Of a stretch of 64,000 nt of DNA, positions 18,120 through 29,048 are shown one piece after another. Positions within the stretch are counted from its first letter, which is position 1. Each line of letters opens with the position of its first letter. Both the position numbers and the translations under genes were made by a program. The stretch is from an uncultured bacterium (GTDB lineage: Bacteria > Verrucomicrobiota > Verrucomicrobiia > Limisphaerales > UBA8199). The notes beneath the pieces are model-generated. The model saw only the letters and a program-made list of their open reading frames with translations. It did no database searches and was not told the origin of the DNA. The DNA lies in NCBI GenBank assembly GCA_963749495.1, contig CAVVMW010000012.1:288001-352000 (forward strand), read 5' to 3'.

Positions 18120-20981
18120 ATGGACTATAAGAACACGTTGAACCTGCCGCAGACGGGTTTCCCGATGAAGGCCGATTTGGTCCGGCGGGAACCGGAGCGG
18201 TTGAAGCAATGGGCTGGGGCCGGGCTCTATGGGCGCATCCAGGCCCAGCGCGCCGGCGCGCCCAAATTCGTCCTGCACGACGGCCCGCCCTTTGCCAATG
18301 GCGACGTGCACATCGGCAACGCGCTGAACAAGATCCTCAAGGACATGGTCGTCAAATACAAGAGCCTGCGCGGGTTCGACACCCCTTACGTGCCGGGCTG
18401 GGACTGTCATGGCCTGCCCATCGAGTTCAAGGTAACCCAGGAGATGCGCAAGGCGGGGAACACTGCGGCCGACCCCGCCACCATCCGCAGCGCCTGCGAG
18501 GCCTACGCGCAGAAATACATCGCCATCCAGCGCGCCCAGTTCCAGCGCCTGGGCGTCCTGGGCGATTGGGAGAACCCCTATCTCACACTCCGCAAGGAAT
18601 ACGAGGCCGAGGAACTCCGCCTGTTCGCCAACCTCGTCGAGCAAGGCTTCGTCTATCGCGGCAGGAAACCGGTCTATTGGAGCATCCCTTGCCGCACCGC
18701 CCTGGCCGAGGCCGAGGTCGAGTACAAAGACCACGCCAGCCAGAGCGTCTATGTGAAGTTTCCCGTCGTCGGCCTGCCCGGGGTCTCGATCGTCATCTGG
18801 ACCACCACGCCCTGGACGCTCCCGGCCAACCTGGCGGTGGCCTATAACTCCACCTTCAGCTATTCCCTGGTCCAGGTGGGGGAGGAGCAGTTCATCGTTT
18901 CGGCTCTCCTGCTCTCGGGCGTGGCCGAGAAATGCGGCTGGACCAGCTACCAGATCGTCCGCAGCCTCGACGGCGGCCACCTGAGCCAGCTCGAATATCA
19001 GCACCCGTTCTGCAACCGGACCGGCCGCCTCTACGCGGGCGATTCGTTCGTCGAGAACACTACCGGCACCGGCTTCGTCCATGCCGCCCCCGGGCACGGT
19101 CTGGAGGACTACCTGCTGGGCTTGGAGCACGGTTTGCCGATCTATTCGCCGGTGGACGACGACGGCCGCTTTGCGCACACCTCCGATCTGCCCATCGAGC
19201 AGCAGATGCCCGCCGAAATGCTCGGCAAGGCCATCCTCGAAAAGCACGGCAAGAGCGAGGCCAACCAAGCGGTCCTGGACCAACTGCGCGCCCGCCATGC
19301 CCTGTTGCACCAGGAGAAATACCTGCACAGCTATCCCCATTGTTGGCGCAGCAAGACTCCCATCATCTTCCGCGCCACGGACCAGTGGTTCATCGAGATC
19401 GACCACGCCCCCCCGGACGGCGCCGGCGCCTCGGCCACGGGCGCCCCGGCCCCGCCCCAGCCCTTCCGCCGCCGCGTCCTCGAAGAGATCGGCCGTGTCA
19501 ACTGGGTGCCCGACTGGGGCAAGAGCCGCATGGAAGCCACTGTCCAGGGCCGGCCCGACTGGTGCATCTCGCGCCAGCGCGCCTGGGGTGTGCCGATCCC
19601 AGCCTTCTATGACGGCCAGGGCAAGCCGATCCTGGATGCCCGCATCGTGCGCAACGCCGCCGATTTGATCGGGCAGCACGGCTCCAACGTCTGGTTCGCC
19701 AAATCAGCCGCACAATTGTGGGCCGCGCTCAAGCCGTCCGATTGGACCGGCCCGGACGCCCTCACGAAGTCCAACGACACCCTCGATGTCTGGATCGATT
19801 CCGGCTCCTCCTCGCGCGCGGTCATCGCGCAGCGCCCCGAGTTGCGCGGCGCCGACCTCCCGTTCCAGTGCCAGATGTACCTCGAGGGCAGCGACCAGCA
19901 CCGTGGCTGGTTCCAGTCTTCCCTGCTCCTGTCCCTGGCCGGCAACGGGGCGGCCCCCTTCCGCACCGTGCTCACCCATGGCTTCGTGGTCGATGAAGAC
20001 CGCGCCAAGATCTCCAAGAGCAAACAGGGCCAGGGCGGCTATGAAAAACCCCAGACCTCCGATTCCTACATCAGGAAATACGGCGCCGACGTCCTCCGGC
20101 TCTGGGTCGCTTCCCAGGACTTCCGCAACGACATCGTCGTCAGCGAGGCGCGCATCCAGAAGGTGGGGGAGACCTACCGCATCATGCGCAATGCCCTGCG
20201 CTACCAACTCTCGAACCTGTACGATTTCGACCCGGCCAAACACGCCGTGCCGGACGACCAACTGAGCGGCCTGGATCGCTGGGTCCTCGACCAGTTCTCC
20301 GCGCTCGAACAGGAGGTCATCCGGGCCTACGACGACTACGAGTTCCACCTCGTCTATCAGCGCCTGAGCCAGTTCATCGCCGTCGAGTTGTCCGCCGTCT
20401 ATCACGACGTCGTCAAGGACCGGCTCTACACCGACCCGGCCGGTTCCCGGCGCCGCCGCTCGACCCAGACCGCCCTGCACCGGATGGTCGTCAGCCTCTG
20501 CAAGATGCTCGCCCCCATCCTCTCCTTCACCGCCGACGAGGCCTGGGAGTTCGTCCCGGGCAAGACCGTCGCCTCGGCCCATCAACTGACTTGGCAGCCC
20601 ATGGGCTTCGAGCGCCCAGAAACCGAGCGCGCCGCCTGGAAGGCCCTCTTCCAACTGCGCGACCTGGCCCTGCCCGAGTTGGAAAAGGCCCGCCAGGCAA
20701 AAGCGATTGGCAAGGCCCTGGAGGCGCGCCTGGCCTTCACCGGCGCCAGCCCCGCGCTCGACCAGGCCAAGCCGCACCTCGACTCTCTGCGCGAATTGTT
20801 GAATGTCTCCCAGCTCGAGCTCAACCCGGGGGATGGGGCCCTCGCCATCTCGGTGAACAAAGCCGCCGGCCGCAAATGCGACCGCTGCTGGCACTGGGAA
20901 CCCGACGTCGGCGCCTACCCGGACCACCCCACCATCTGCGGACGCTGCGTCCAGGCGGTACAGCAGAGCACGGGAACATGA
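18120..20981 (+). CDS. ileS: Isoleucine--tRNA ligase (type 1, C-terminal Zn motif)
   Basis: LHDGPPFANGDVHIGN, GWDCHGLPIE, WTTTPWT, DWCISRQR, EGSDQHRGWF, KISKS, CDRCW...CGRC. Confidence 0.98.
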   Translation: MDYKNTLNLPQTGFPMKADLVRREPERLKQWAGAGLYGRIQAQRAGAPKFVLHDGPPFANGDVHIGNALNKILKDMVVKYKSLRGFDTPYVPGWDCHGLPIEFKVTQEMRKAGNTAADPATIRSACEAYAQKYIAIQRAQFQRLGVLGDWENPYLTLRKEYEAEELRLFANLVEQGFVYRGRKPVYWSIPCRTALAEAEVEYKDHASQSVYVKFPVVGLPGVSIVIWTTTPWTLPANLAVAYNSTFSYSLVQVGEEQFIVSALLLSGVAEKCGWTSYQIVRSLDGGHLSQLEYQHPFCNRTGRLYAGDSFVENTTGTGFVHAAPGHGLEDYLLGLEHGLPIYSPVDDDGRFAHTSDLPIEQQMPAEMLGKAILEKHGKSEANQAVLDQLRARHALLHQEKYLHSYPHCWRSKTPIIFRATDQWFIEIDHAPPDGAGASATGAPAPPQPFRRRVLEEIGRVNWVPDWGKSRMEATVQGRPDWCISRQRAWGVPIPAFYDGQGKPILDARIVRNAADLIGQHGSNVWFAKSAAQLWAALKPSDWTGPDALTKSNDTLDVWIDSGSSSRAVIAQRPELRGADLPFQCQMYLEGSDQHRGWFQSSLLLSLAGNGAAPFRTVLTHGFVVDEDRAKISKSKQGQGGYEKPQTSDSYIRKYGADVLRLWVASQDFRNDIVVSEARIQKVGETYRIMRNALRYQLSNLYDFDPAKHAVPDDQLSGLDRWVLDQFSALEQEVIRAYDDYEFHLVYQRLSQFIAVELSAVYHDVVKDRLYTDPAGSRRRRSTQTALHRMVVSLCKMLAPILSFTADEAWEFVPGKTVASAHQLTWQPMGFERPETERAAWKALFQLRDLALPELEKARQAKAIGKALEARLAFTGASPALDQAKPHLDSLRELLNVSQLELNPGDGALAISVNKAAGRKCDRCWHWEPDVGAYPDHPTICGRCVQAVQQSTGT

Positions 20982-21184
20982 CCCAAGGGAAATGGCGGCC
21001 GGCCTGGGTACGGGACAAGAACAAATCACCTCCGTCCTATGTGCCCCCAGCGCATGAGTCCGACGCGTCCGACCGGTCTGACCGGTCAGACCCGATCCAA
21101 CGGGCTCCGAGCTGTGCCGGGGCTGCGCCCGCTAGGCGATAAAGATTGTCTGCGCCCCCTTTTGCCTTCAAGCTTCCCCCGCAA

Positions 21185-22504
21185 ATGAACATGAAGACCA
21201 AGACGAATCGCACGAGACTGAAGACGCTGTTGGCCGGCGGCATCCTGCTGGCTGGGTGCCTGAGCGGCATGGGCGGGGAGTGGGCGCAATACCGCGGCCC
21301 GCAAACTGCCGGGGTGTCGGCGGAGAAGATCCTGGCCTCCTGGTCTGCGGGCGTGCCCAAGTGCCTGTGGCGCGTGCCGGCGCCCGCCGGGTTCAGCTCC
21401 TTTGCGGTCGCCGACGGCAAGGCCTTCCTCATCGTGTCGCGCGACGTCGCGGGCGTTCCCTCCGAGGTCTGCCTGGCGCTGGACGCTGCCTCGGGCAAGG
21501 AACTCTGGGCCGCGCCCACCGGCAGCGCCAAATACCCGGGCGGCGGGGACAGCGGCACGGAGGACAACAAGGGAGGCGACGGCCCGCGCTCGACTCCGGC
21601 CATAAAGGCCGGCCGGGTCTTTGTCTATTCCTCGGACATGGTGCTGCAGTGCCTGGATGCGGCCAACGGGAAGCAACTCTGGAAAAAGGACATCATCGCG
21701 GAATTCGGGGGCAAGAACATCGGCTGGAAGAGCGCCATGTCGCCATTGCTGGATGGGGACCTGGTGTGCGTGGCCGGGGGCGGGGCCGGGCAGTCATTTC
21801 TGGCCTTCAACCAGGCCTCGGGGGCGGTGGTTTGGAAGACCGGCAGCGATGTCATCACCCATGCCACGCCGGTCCTCGCGACCATCCAGGGCGTTCGGCA
21901 GCTTGTCTATATCATGCAAAGCGGGTTGGTGGCAGTCGAGGCGGCCAGCGGCAAGCCGCTCTGGAGGTTTGCATTTCCTTACAGCACCTGCACCGGCTGC
22001 TCGCCCGTCGTCGAGGGCGACATTGTATTCTGCAGCGCCGGCTACGGCATTGGCGGGGCGGCCTGCCGGATTGTGAAAGGGGATGCGGGTCTCGAGGCCA
22101 GGGAACTTTGGCGCGTCAAAGGAGACAACGCCGCGGCCAGCCTCTGGAGCACCCCGGTGTGCAAGGACGGCTTTCTCTATGGGATGATCAGCTTCAAGAA
22201 ATTCGGCCAGGGCCCCTTGAAGTGCGTCGAGCTCAAGACCGGCCAGGTCAAGTGGCAGCAGCCGGGGTTCGGCGCCGGGCAGGTCCTGCTGGCCGGCGGG
22301 CAGGTGCTGGCCCTTGCCGACAACGGCCAACTCGTCCTGGTGGACCCTTCACCCGAGGCCTACAAGGAAATTGCCCGCACCAAAGCCCTCGCCGGCAAGT
22401 GCTGGAGCAGCCCCGCCCTGTGCGACGGCCGGCTTTACCTCCACAGCACCCGGGAGGCCGCGTGTTTCGACGTGGCGCCGGCCGCTGAGGCGGCAGGGCA
22501 GTGA
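21185..22504 (+). CDS. PQQ-like beta-propeller protein (BamB-like)
   Basis: Signal peptide, WAQYRGP, GPRSTP, repeated LDAxxGKxLW. Confidence 0.85.
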   Translation: MNMKTKTNRTRLKTLLAGGILLAGCLSGMGGEWAQYRGPQTAGVSAEKILASWSAGVPKCLWRVPAPAGFSSFAVADGKAFLIVSRDVAGVPSEVCLALDAASGKELWAAPTGSAKYPGGGDSGTEDNKGGDGPRSTPAIKAGRVFVYSSDMVLQCLDAANGKQLWKKDIIAEFGGKNIGWKSAMSPLLDGDLVCVAGGGAGQSFLAFNQASGAVVWKTGSDVITHATPVLATIQGVRQLVYIMQSGLVAVEAASGKPLWRFAFPYSTCTGCSPVVEGDIVFCSAGYGIGGAACRIVKGDAGLEARELWRVKGDNAAASLWSTPVCKDGFLYGMISFKKFGQGPLKCVELKTGQVKWQQPGFGAGQVLLAGGQVLALADNGQLVLVDPSPEAYKEIARTKALAGKCWSSPALCDGRLYLHSTREAACFDVAPAAEAAGQ

Positions 22505-22519
22505 TGTGCCAGCGACATC

Positions 22520-23452
22520 ATGCCGACAGGGCGCAGAATCACGTTCCTGGCGTTGGCGGCGACGCTCCTCGCCGGCGTCGGCGTCGCGCAATTCCGCTCC
22601 GGGCGCGCTCGTTGGGCCGACGATACCGGGCCGATGGTCCAAACCGAGGGCGGCGAGTGGGTCAACGAAGACACCGTCCGCACCGCGCGCGAAACGGCCC
22701 CCCACAGCATTGACCTGCCGGTGTGGACAAACACGCCCGGGTTCGAGAAGGACGTTTTCATCTTCACCCGCATCGTGTTCAAGTCCGCGCCGGGCGGCCC
22801 GACCTGGCTGGGCTGGATCAACGACTATCCCGACGCCGACCTGAACCTCTCGGCGCGGCTGCAGATGCTCACCTCGATCCGAACCGATCCCGATTGCCGC
22901 GTTTTGAAACTGACCGACCCGGCGCTGGCCGGCCATCCGTTTATCTTCATGTCGCACCCGGAGCGGATGGAATTGCGCGAAGCCGAACTGAGCGCGCTGC
23001 GCAAGTATCTGCTCAACGGCGGCGCGCTCCTGGCGGACGATTTCTGGGGCGACCAAAGCTGGGAGCATTTTGAAAGGCAGATGCAGCGCGTGTTGCCCGG
23101 CCGGACCTGGACCGAACTGCCGATGGAGCATCGGCTCTTTCATTGCGTTTTCGATCTGCACGGGCCGATGAAGAATCTGCAGGTGCCCACACTCCAACTC
23201 TGGCGCCGCAATTACGATCCGGCCGACCCGCAAGCCTTTCCCTCGGCATTCCGCGGCCAAGGCTCGCGCCAGATGCACGTCCGCGCCTGGCTTGACGACA
23301 AGGAGCGCATCATGGTCCTGGCGCTCCACAACTCGGACACCGGCAACGGCTGGGAACGGGAGGGCGAGGACGAAGTGTATTTCCACCTGTTCTCGGAGAA
23401 TCGCGCCTACCCCCTTGCCGTGAATGCCATCTTCTATTTGATGACGCATTGA
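22520..23452 (+). CDS. DUF4159-like exported protein
   Basis: WINDYPDADLNL, LRKYLLNGGALLADDFWG, NSDTGNGWE, NAIFYLMTH. Confidence 0.8.
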   Translation: MPTGRRITFLALAATLLAGVGVAQFRSGRARWADDTGPMVQTEGGEWVNEDTVRTARETAPHSIDLPVWTNTPGFEKDVFIFTRIVFKSAPGGPTWLGWINDYPDADLNLSARLQMLTSIRTDPDCRVLKLTDPALAGHPFIFMSHPERMELREAELSALRKYLLNGGALLADDFWGDQSWEHFERQMQRVLPGRTWTELPMEHRLFHCVFDLHGPMKNLQVPTLQLWRRNYDPADPQAFPSAFRGQGSRQMHVRAWLDDKERIMVLALHNSDTGNGWEREGEDEVYFHLFSENRAYPLAVNAIFYLMTH

Positions 23453-23462
23453 CCCCTTGGCG

Positions 23463-23728
23463 CGCGCGTCGCGGAGCGACGGATGAAGATAGCCGTGGAC
23501 CTCGGTCCACGGTCTGGGACATTGGAGGAGACCCGCGTCGCGGAGCGACGCCTGAGGTCCTCGCGCTTCCCGCTTGAGCGTTTTCAGGCGTCGCTACGCG
23601 ACGCGGTCGAGCTTGGGCCATGGGTCCGTGGACTGGAAGTCCACGGCTACCATCGGGCACCGCTACGCGGTGAACCGGACGCAGCGCGCGTCGCGGAGCG
23701 ACGGATGAAGGTAAGCCGTGGACCTCGG
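23463..23728. repeat. REP-like cluster, CGTCGCGGAGCGACG / CGTCGCTACGCGACG family
   Basis: Several hairpins; 23581-23673 is the reverse complement of 54652-54744. Confidence 0.85.
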
Positions 23729-23885
23729 AATTGCGCCCGAATCTCGGTCGTTATTCTTGCACAGGCCTTACCGCGCCGGGATCGAGATGGCTTGACATTT
23801 GCACATCACGCCGCAATAACGGCGTTGTTCCGGGCAACTGGCCCCGCCGTTCAGCCAAACCAAGACCTCGGACAACCGAACCACC

Positions 23886-24074
23886 ATGAAGGACCCAATC
23901 CAATCCATCCTGGGCACCATGCTGCTCTTGACCGCCATCGGGCCACCAAACCACAAACGCGCGGCCACCTTGGCCGAGAAAGAGGCGAAGATCGAGGCGC
24001 TGGAAAAGCGGTTGACGGATGTGGAGAAGGCGCTTCAGACCCTGGCCCAGAAGCAAAGCCCAGGCGGGCAATGA
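23886..24074 (+). CDS. Small coiled-coil ORF, possibly a gene remnant
   Basis: AEKEAKIEALEKRLTDVEKALQTL heptads. Confidence 0.35.
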   Translation: MKDPIQSILGTMLLLTAIGPPNHKRAATLAEKEAKIEALEKRLTDVEKALQTLAQKQSPGGQ

Positions 24075-24110
24075 AGACAACAGAGAATAGGCCGCTCTCG
24101 CGTTCTGTCT

Positions 24111-24350
24111 CGCGGCCCAACGGGCCGCCAGGACCTTGCGGCCCAACGGGTCGCCAGAGCCTAGCCCAGGGCTGAGGCCGCTAGGCCGATGCCCTGGGGT
24201 TCGGCCACCGACACGGTCCGCGCGCCCTGAAGGGGCGTCAGAGCGCTGTGGCGCCCCCTTCAGTGCGCGTCTGTGCTTGATTATGTCCATTCCCAGGGCA
24301 TCGGCCTGGCGGCCTCAGCCCTGGGCTGGGCTCTGCCGGCCCTTTGGGCC
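24111..24350. repeat. REP-like element, CCCAGGGC / GCCCTGAAGGGGC family
   Basis: Long inverted arms; related copy at 33504-33692. Confidence 0.8.
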
Positions 24351-24729
24351 GGAGATAGTGCGGGATCGAGCATGCAGAACTCTACCGGATAAAGACATGT
24401 TTCCGGTGGTAGCAAACAAATTCGGGATGTGGTTCAACAAGTAAAATGCTCGCGAGTCCACTTCACGCTTGAGGCGTTGCCCATGCCGGCACACTACGAG
24501 GGCCGCACCGGGGAAACCAGGACTACCTGGTCCGCGCCGCCCGGCGCTAACCACTCGGGCTATCACGCCAGGCCCGCGAATCGTTCTCTTCAGACTCCAG
24601 ACCTGACAGGCATCTCGGCGTTTAGAATTGGTCTTTGAGGGTTCTGGAGCGGATGACATTTGTCTGGCCTGTCCTTGTCGCCCTGGCTTATAACCCTCCC
24701 TGCGGAGCTGGTCCGGTTTCATCCTGATA

Positions 24730-25245
24730 ATGCCGACGGAAAGAACATGGCAAGACTGGCTGGAGCGCTTCTACAACCTCCGGCGCGACAAGAGCGGCTC
24801 GCATGAGCGACCGCACAAACCGGTACTTTTGCTCGCCATTCTCAACCTCGTCGACCGCGGCATCGTGACCAGGAACGTGGAGATTTACGACTACCGCTGC
24901 GCCGCTTGCGGCATCCGCGTGAAAATCAGCGATGATCTCTCCCTCGTCGAAGCCGCACACATCATTCCGTTCGGCGTCAGCCGAAACGACAAACCCGACA
25001 ACGGGCTCGCTCTCTGCGCGAATCATCATTGGGCGATGGACCGCTTCCTCATCGCGCCCTGTCCTGACTCCAAACACCGCGCCGGTATCTGGCGCATCGG
25101 CCAAAGCCTCGATGCCCGCATCGAGGGCCGAAACGATCTGGTCACGCTCGCGAACCAGCCTGTCATCCCGCCGACCGAACAAAGATTCTGCCCCGCGCCC
25201 GAAAGTCTCCGGTGGCGCGAAACCCACTTCAACGCCAAATACTGA
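24730..25245 (+). CDS. HNH endonuclease with a truncated SBD-like N-terminus
   Basis: [12 protein letters not shown] joined directly to YDYRCAACG...EAAHIIPF...[14 protein letters not shown]. Confidence 0.75.
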   Translation: MPTERTWQDWLERFYNLRRDKSGSHERPHKPVLLLAILNLVDRGIVTRNVEIYDYRCAACGIRVKISDDLSLVEAAHIIPFGVSRNDKPDNGLALCANHHWAMDRFLIAPCPDSKHRAGIWRIGQSLDARIEGRNDLVTLANQPVIPPTEQRFCPAPESLRWRETHFNAKY

Positions 25246-25261
25246 CTCCCTATATGGGCAA

Positions 25262-25701
25262 TCACGGCTTTTGGGGGGTCCTGATGATGCGAGGCGTGCC
25301 GTCTGGCAGGAGGACCTCAGCCACCACGGGGGCACGGTTGCCCCGGAGGGCGTTGCAGATACGGCGATGCAGTTCGTCGAAGGTCATGCGGGCGTACTGC
25401 TCGCCAGTGAGGCACAGCAGCGGACTCGAGTATTCCTGGCCGCTCCGCTCGGTGCCTTTGATCGAGTATTCAGTGACGATGACCACAGCGCGGTGGAAGG
25501 GGGCGTTGCCGTCGCCATCAGTTTCAATGGCCGGCGGGAGAAAAGCTGCGTAGGGGTCGCCACCTTCGTAGCCGCATCCAGGGGTGGGCGACCCGACGTG
25601 GGCCGGCACGGCTCGGGCCTGACCTGGATCCACTCGCAGCCGAGGTGCTCATCGCCCTCTTTCGGGAATTTCAGGGTCCACAATGTGGCGTAGATGCTCA
25701 A
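25262..25701 (-). CDS. Hypothetical protein, frameshift near 25615
   Basis: [13 protein letters not shown]...EWIQV continues as [12 protein letters not shown]...LLCLTGEQY in the neighbouring frame. Confidence 0.6.
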
Positions 25702-25967
25702 TCAGAAACAATTCCACATTCCGCCAGCGTATTAAAGGGCGATGTGGCCGGCGGATCAGAGGGAAGAAATGGGAGCGATGGTTGGTATGGGCGGGGGCGA
25801 TGGCAGGGCTGTAATCGAGCGCTCAGGCCGCCGGGCTCTCGACCGGAAGGCCCCTCGCCTACTTTTCGTCTCGCTTCCATGCCTCATCCAGCCTAAAACG
25901 GCCTAAAACGTCCTGGAAATCATGGTAACCAGGCCCAAGTGACGCGCTGGAACAACACCCGAATCAC

Positions 25968-27041
25968 ATGACCTCGCTGGAGCGTATTCGTTGCGCCGCG
26001 CGGCGGCAGCAGGTGGACCGGGTCCCGGTCGCGCCCTATATGGGCAATCACGGCGCCCGCGTAGGCGGTGTGCTCATTGGGGAGTATTGCCGCTCGGGCC
26101 GGCTCATGGCCGAGGCGCAGTATCGCGCCTGGGAGATTTACGGCCAGGATGCCGTTGTCGCCCAATCGGACGGTTACTACATTGCGGAGGGCTTCGGGGT
26201 CGAGGTCGAGCATTACCAGGACGGCACACCGACACTGAAAACCCCGGCAGTGTCGGGCTTGGAATACATCCAGACGTTGCGCGTGCCCGATCCTCACAAG
26301 GACGGCCGCATGCCGGTTTACCTGGAGGCGATCAGCCGCCTTGCGGACCTGACACGAGGCGAGGTGGCCGTGCGCGCCCCGGGGACGGGTCCATTCTCCC
26401 TGGCCTCGTACCTGGTGGGCACCGAGAAGTTTCTCATCGAGTTGGCCTTGGCGGAGCGGGAGCCTGGCGGTCCGGCCGAACGCTCGCTCAAGCGCCTGCT
26501 GGAATTGACGACCGAAGCCCTGATTGCCTTTGCCGGGGCGTGCCTGGAGGCCGGCGCGCATCTTGTGCAGGCGGGCGATTCGCTGGCGTCGCTGGACATG
26601 ATCTCGCCCGCCAGTTATCGGAAGTGGGCCTGGCCGGCGGAGCGCAAGTTCTTTGAGGCGATCAACCCATTGGCTGACCGGTATGGGGCGGCAACGGTGC
26701 TCCACATCTGCGGCAACATGACGCCGGTGTTGGAACTGATGGCCGACACGGGCGCGCACATTCTGGAATTGGACCACAAGGTCAGCCTGAAGGCAGCCAA
26801 GGCTCGAGTTGGCCATCGGGTTTGCCTGATGGGCAATCTCGATCCGGTGGAGTTGCTATGGCGCGGCAGCCCCGCCGCGGTGAGCTGCGCCGCAGCTCAA
26901 GCCATCACGGACACGGGCGGGCGCGGCTTCATCCTCGGCTCCGGCTGCGAGGTGCCCGTGGACGCGCCCAGGGAGAACATCAAAGCCATGATCCGGGCGG
27001 CACACGCGACCGAAAGGCCAGAGACCCCAGAGGGCCGTTGA
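25968..27041 (+). CDS. Uroporphyrinogen decarboxylase family protein (MtaA/CmuA-like)
   Basis: DRVPVAP, GPFSLA, LHICGN, LMGNLDP, FILGSGCEVP. Confidence 0.88.
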   Translation: MTSLERIRCAARRQQVDRVPVAPYMGNHGARVGGVLIGEYCRSGRLMAEAQYRAWEIYGQDAVVAQSDGYYIAEGFGVEVEHYQDGTPTLKTPAVSGLEYIQTLRVPDPHKDGRMPVYLEAISRLADLTRGEVAVRAPGTGPFSLASYLVGTEKFLIELALAEREPGGPAERSLKRLLELTTEALIAFAGACLEAGAHLVQAGDSLASLDMISPASYRKWAWPAERKFFEAINPLADRYGAATVLHICGNMTPVLELMADTGAHILELDHKVSLKAAKARVGHRVCLMGNLDPVELLWRGSPAAVSCAAAQAITDTGGRGFILGSGCEVPVDAPRENIKAMIRAAHATERPETPEGR

Positions 27042-27227
27042 CAAAGTTGTAGCGCAGGTTTCCAAACCTGCTGTATCGCCGATTTCCAATCGGCAGGGCC
27101 TCGGCATGTCGAGCGCCCCCGGTTTGCGGACGGCCTGCGGGTTTGGAAACCCGCGATACAGCAGGTTTGGAAACCTGCGCTACGCTGGCGCCCCTGGCGC
27201 ACAGGCGGGCCGAGCGACTTTGTCAAT
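27038..27227. repeat. REP-like palindrome, GTAGCGCAGGTTTCCAAACCTGC family
   Basis: Inverted arms enclosed by TTGACAAAG/CTTTGTCAA. Confidence 0.85.
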
Positions 27228-27296
27228 GGCCCTGGGGACCCGATCCGTTGAGCCGTGGGTGCAATAGAAATCCCTTCGTGGTAACCTGTTCGGGTT

Positions 27297-28871
27297 ATGT
27301 CGGCACAATCCACGCCCAGCACGCCGCGAGATTTCAACACAACGGCCATTCTGCTTCATGCAAGTGACAACGTCGCGGCGCTGAAGGTTTCTGTGAAGGC
27401 CGGAGATGAGTTGGTCAAAGGCCCATTCACGCTGCGGGTGGCGGAGGACATCGGGCCTGGGCACAAGATAGCGGTCGAAGAAATCGCCCCCGACGCGCCG
27501 GTGAGGAAATACGGCCAGGTCATCGGCTTTGCACGGGGCCGCATCGCTCCGGGCCGGCATGTCCATACGCACAATTTGGTCATGAAGGATTTCGGGCGGG
27601 ACTATCAATTCTGCGCGGAGGCGCGCCCCGTCCGCTATTATCCGCCGGAGCAAATGCGGCATTTTCAGGGCTATGCTCGTCCCGGCGGGCGGGTCGGGAC
27701 GCGCAACTACATCGCGGTCATCTCCAGCGTGAACTGTTCCGCCTCGGTCTCGTGTTATGTGCGGGACCGTTTTCGGACGGAGTCCTTCGGGCGCGATTAT
27801 CCGAACGTGGACGGGGTGGTGGCCTTCACGCACAAAGGCGGCTGCGCGACCGACCCTGGTGAAGGGTTGCAGGTCCTCCAACGGGTGCTGGCCGGGTTCG
27901 CCCGCCACCCGAACGTTTCGGGCTGCGTGCTGATCGGTCTGGGCTGCGAAACCAACCACCTCGAGGCGCTGCGCGAGGCCGGCGGACTGGACGAGCTTCG
28001 GCCCGGCGAGACGGCGCCGGTGTTCCTGAACGTTCAAACTGCCGGCGGCGTGCGCAAGACGGTCGAGGCGGGCGTGGCGGCGGTAAGCCGTCTGCTTCCG
28101 GCGGCCGATGCCCTGCGCCGCGCGCCGCAACCGTTGAGCAAACTCGTGCTGGCGGAGAACTGCGGCGGGTCCGACGCCAACAGCGGCATCACGGCCAACC
28201 CGGCGCTCGGGGTCGCATCGGATGAGGTGGTCCGCTACGGCGGGACCTCGGTGCTGGCCGAGACGCCGGAGATTTACGGAGCCGAACACCTGTTGACGCG
28301 GCGCGCCGCCTCGCGCGAGGTCGCCGAGAAACTGCTCGAGCGAGTCCGCTGGTGGGAACAGCACGCGCTCCAGCACCGGTGTTCGCTGGACAACAATCCT
28401 TCCTACGGGAACAAGCTTGGCGGCTTGACGAACATCTATGAAAAGAGCCTCGGCGCGGTGGCCAAGGGCGGGCAATCGCCGCTGGCCGCCGTTTATCAAT
28501 ATGCCGAGCCGATCGTCGCTGCCGGCCTCTGTTTCATGGACACGCCGGGATTTGACCCGGTGAGCATGACCGGACTGGTTGCGGGCGGCTGCAACATCGG
28601 CGTGTTCACCACCGGGCGCGGCAGCGTTTATGGCTGCAAGCCCGTGCCGTGCATCAAGGTGGCCACCAACACGCCGCTCTACCAATGGATGGAGGAGGAC
28701 ATGGACCTCAACGCCGGCGCCATCCTCGACGGGACCGAGACGGTGGAGCAACTGGGGATGCGCATCTTCGAGCGGATCGTCGCCGTGGCCGGCGGCGAAA
28801 AGACCAAGAGCGAACTGGCCGGCCTGGGCGACGAGGAATTTGCCCCCTGGCAACTGGGGCCGACCTTTTGA
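27297..28871 (+). CDS. UxaA/GarD-family sugar-acid dehydratase (SAF + dehydratase domains)
   Basis: GHKIA, VRKYGQVIG, VGTRNY, CGGSD, NNPSYGNKLGGL, FTTGRGS. Confidence 0.92.
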   Translation: MSAQSTPSTPRDFNTTAILLHASDNVAALKVSVKAGDELVKGPFTLRVAEDIGPGHKIAVEEIAPDAPVRKYGQVIGFARGRIAPGRHVHTHNLVMKDFGRDYQFCAEARPVRYYPPEQMRHFQGYARPGGRVGTRNYIAVISSVNCSASVSCYVRDRFRTESFGRDYPNVDGVVAFTHKGGCATDPGEGLQVLQRVLAGFARHPNVSGCVLIGLGCETNHLEALREAGGLDELRPGETAPVFLNVQTAGGVRKTVEAGVAAVSRLLPAADALRRAPQPLSKLVLAENCGGSDANSGITANPALGVASDEVVRYGGTSVLAETPEIYGAEHLLTRRAASREVAEKLLERVRWWEQHALQHRCSLDNNPSYGNKLGGLTNIYEKSLGAVAKGGQSPLAAVYQYAEPIVAAGLCFMDTPGFDPVSMTGLVAGGCNIGVFTTGRGSVYGCKPVPCIKVATNTPLYQWMEEDMDLNAGAILDGTETVEQLGMRIFERIVAVAGGEKTKSELAGLGDEEFAPWQLGPTF

Positions 28872-28983
28872 GAGACACGAGCGCCGTCATGGGTGATGAT
28901 AAGCCCTGCGGGCTGCCGCTTTGTCAACGGTCCTGAGGACGCTGCACAATTTCGCACTCATTTGCTTAACGTCCCTGGGAAAC

Positions 28984-29003
28984 TGTATTAAACACCTAAT
29001 ACA
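28984..29003. promoter_or_regulatory. YtrA-type GntR operator
   Basis: TGTATTA-aacacc-TAATACA palindrome overlapping a -10-like TATTAA upstream of the regulator. Confidence 0.75.
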
Positions 29004-29048
29004 TTGAGTCTGTGCGCGACACCGGGTCAATGCAATTATCCAGGCATA

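Noticed and set aside
18120..20981. IleRS HIGN/KISKS motifs as a resistance variant; short A/P-rich insert near 19405-19460
   Set aside because: Within ordinary class I motif variation as far as I can judge; the insert shows no clear repeat origin.
25891..25910. GCCTAAAACG x2 as an island end
   Set aside because: No core att site or partner repeat found.
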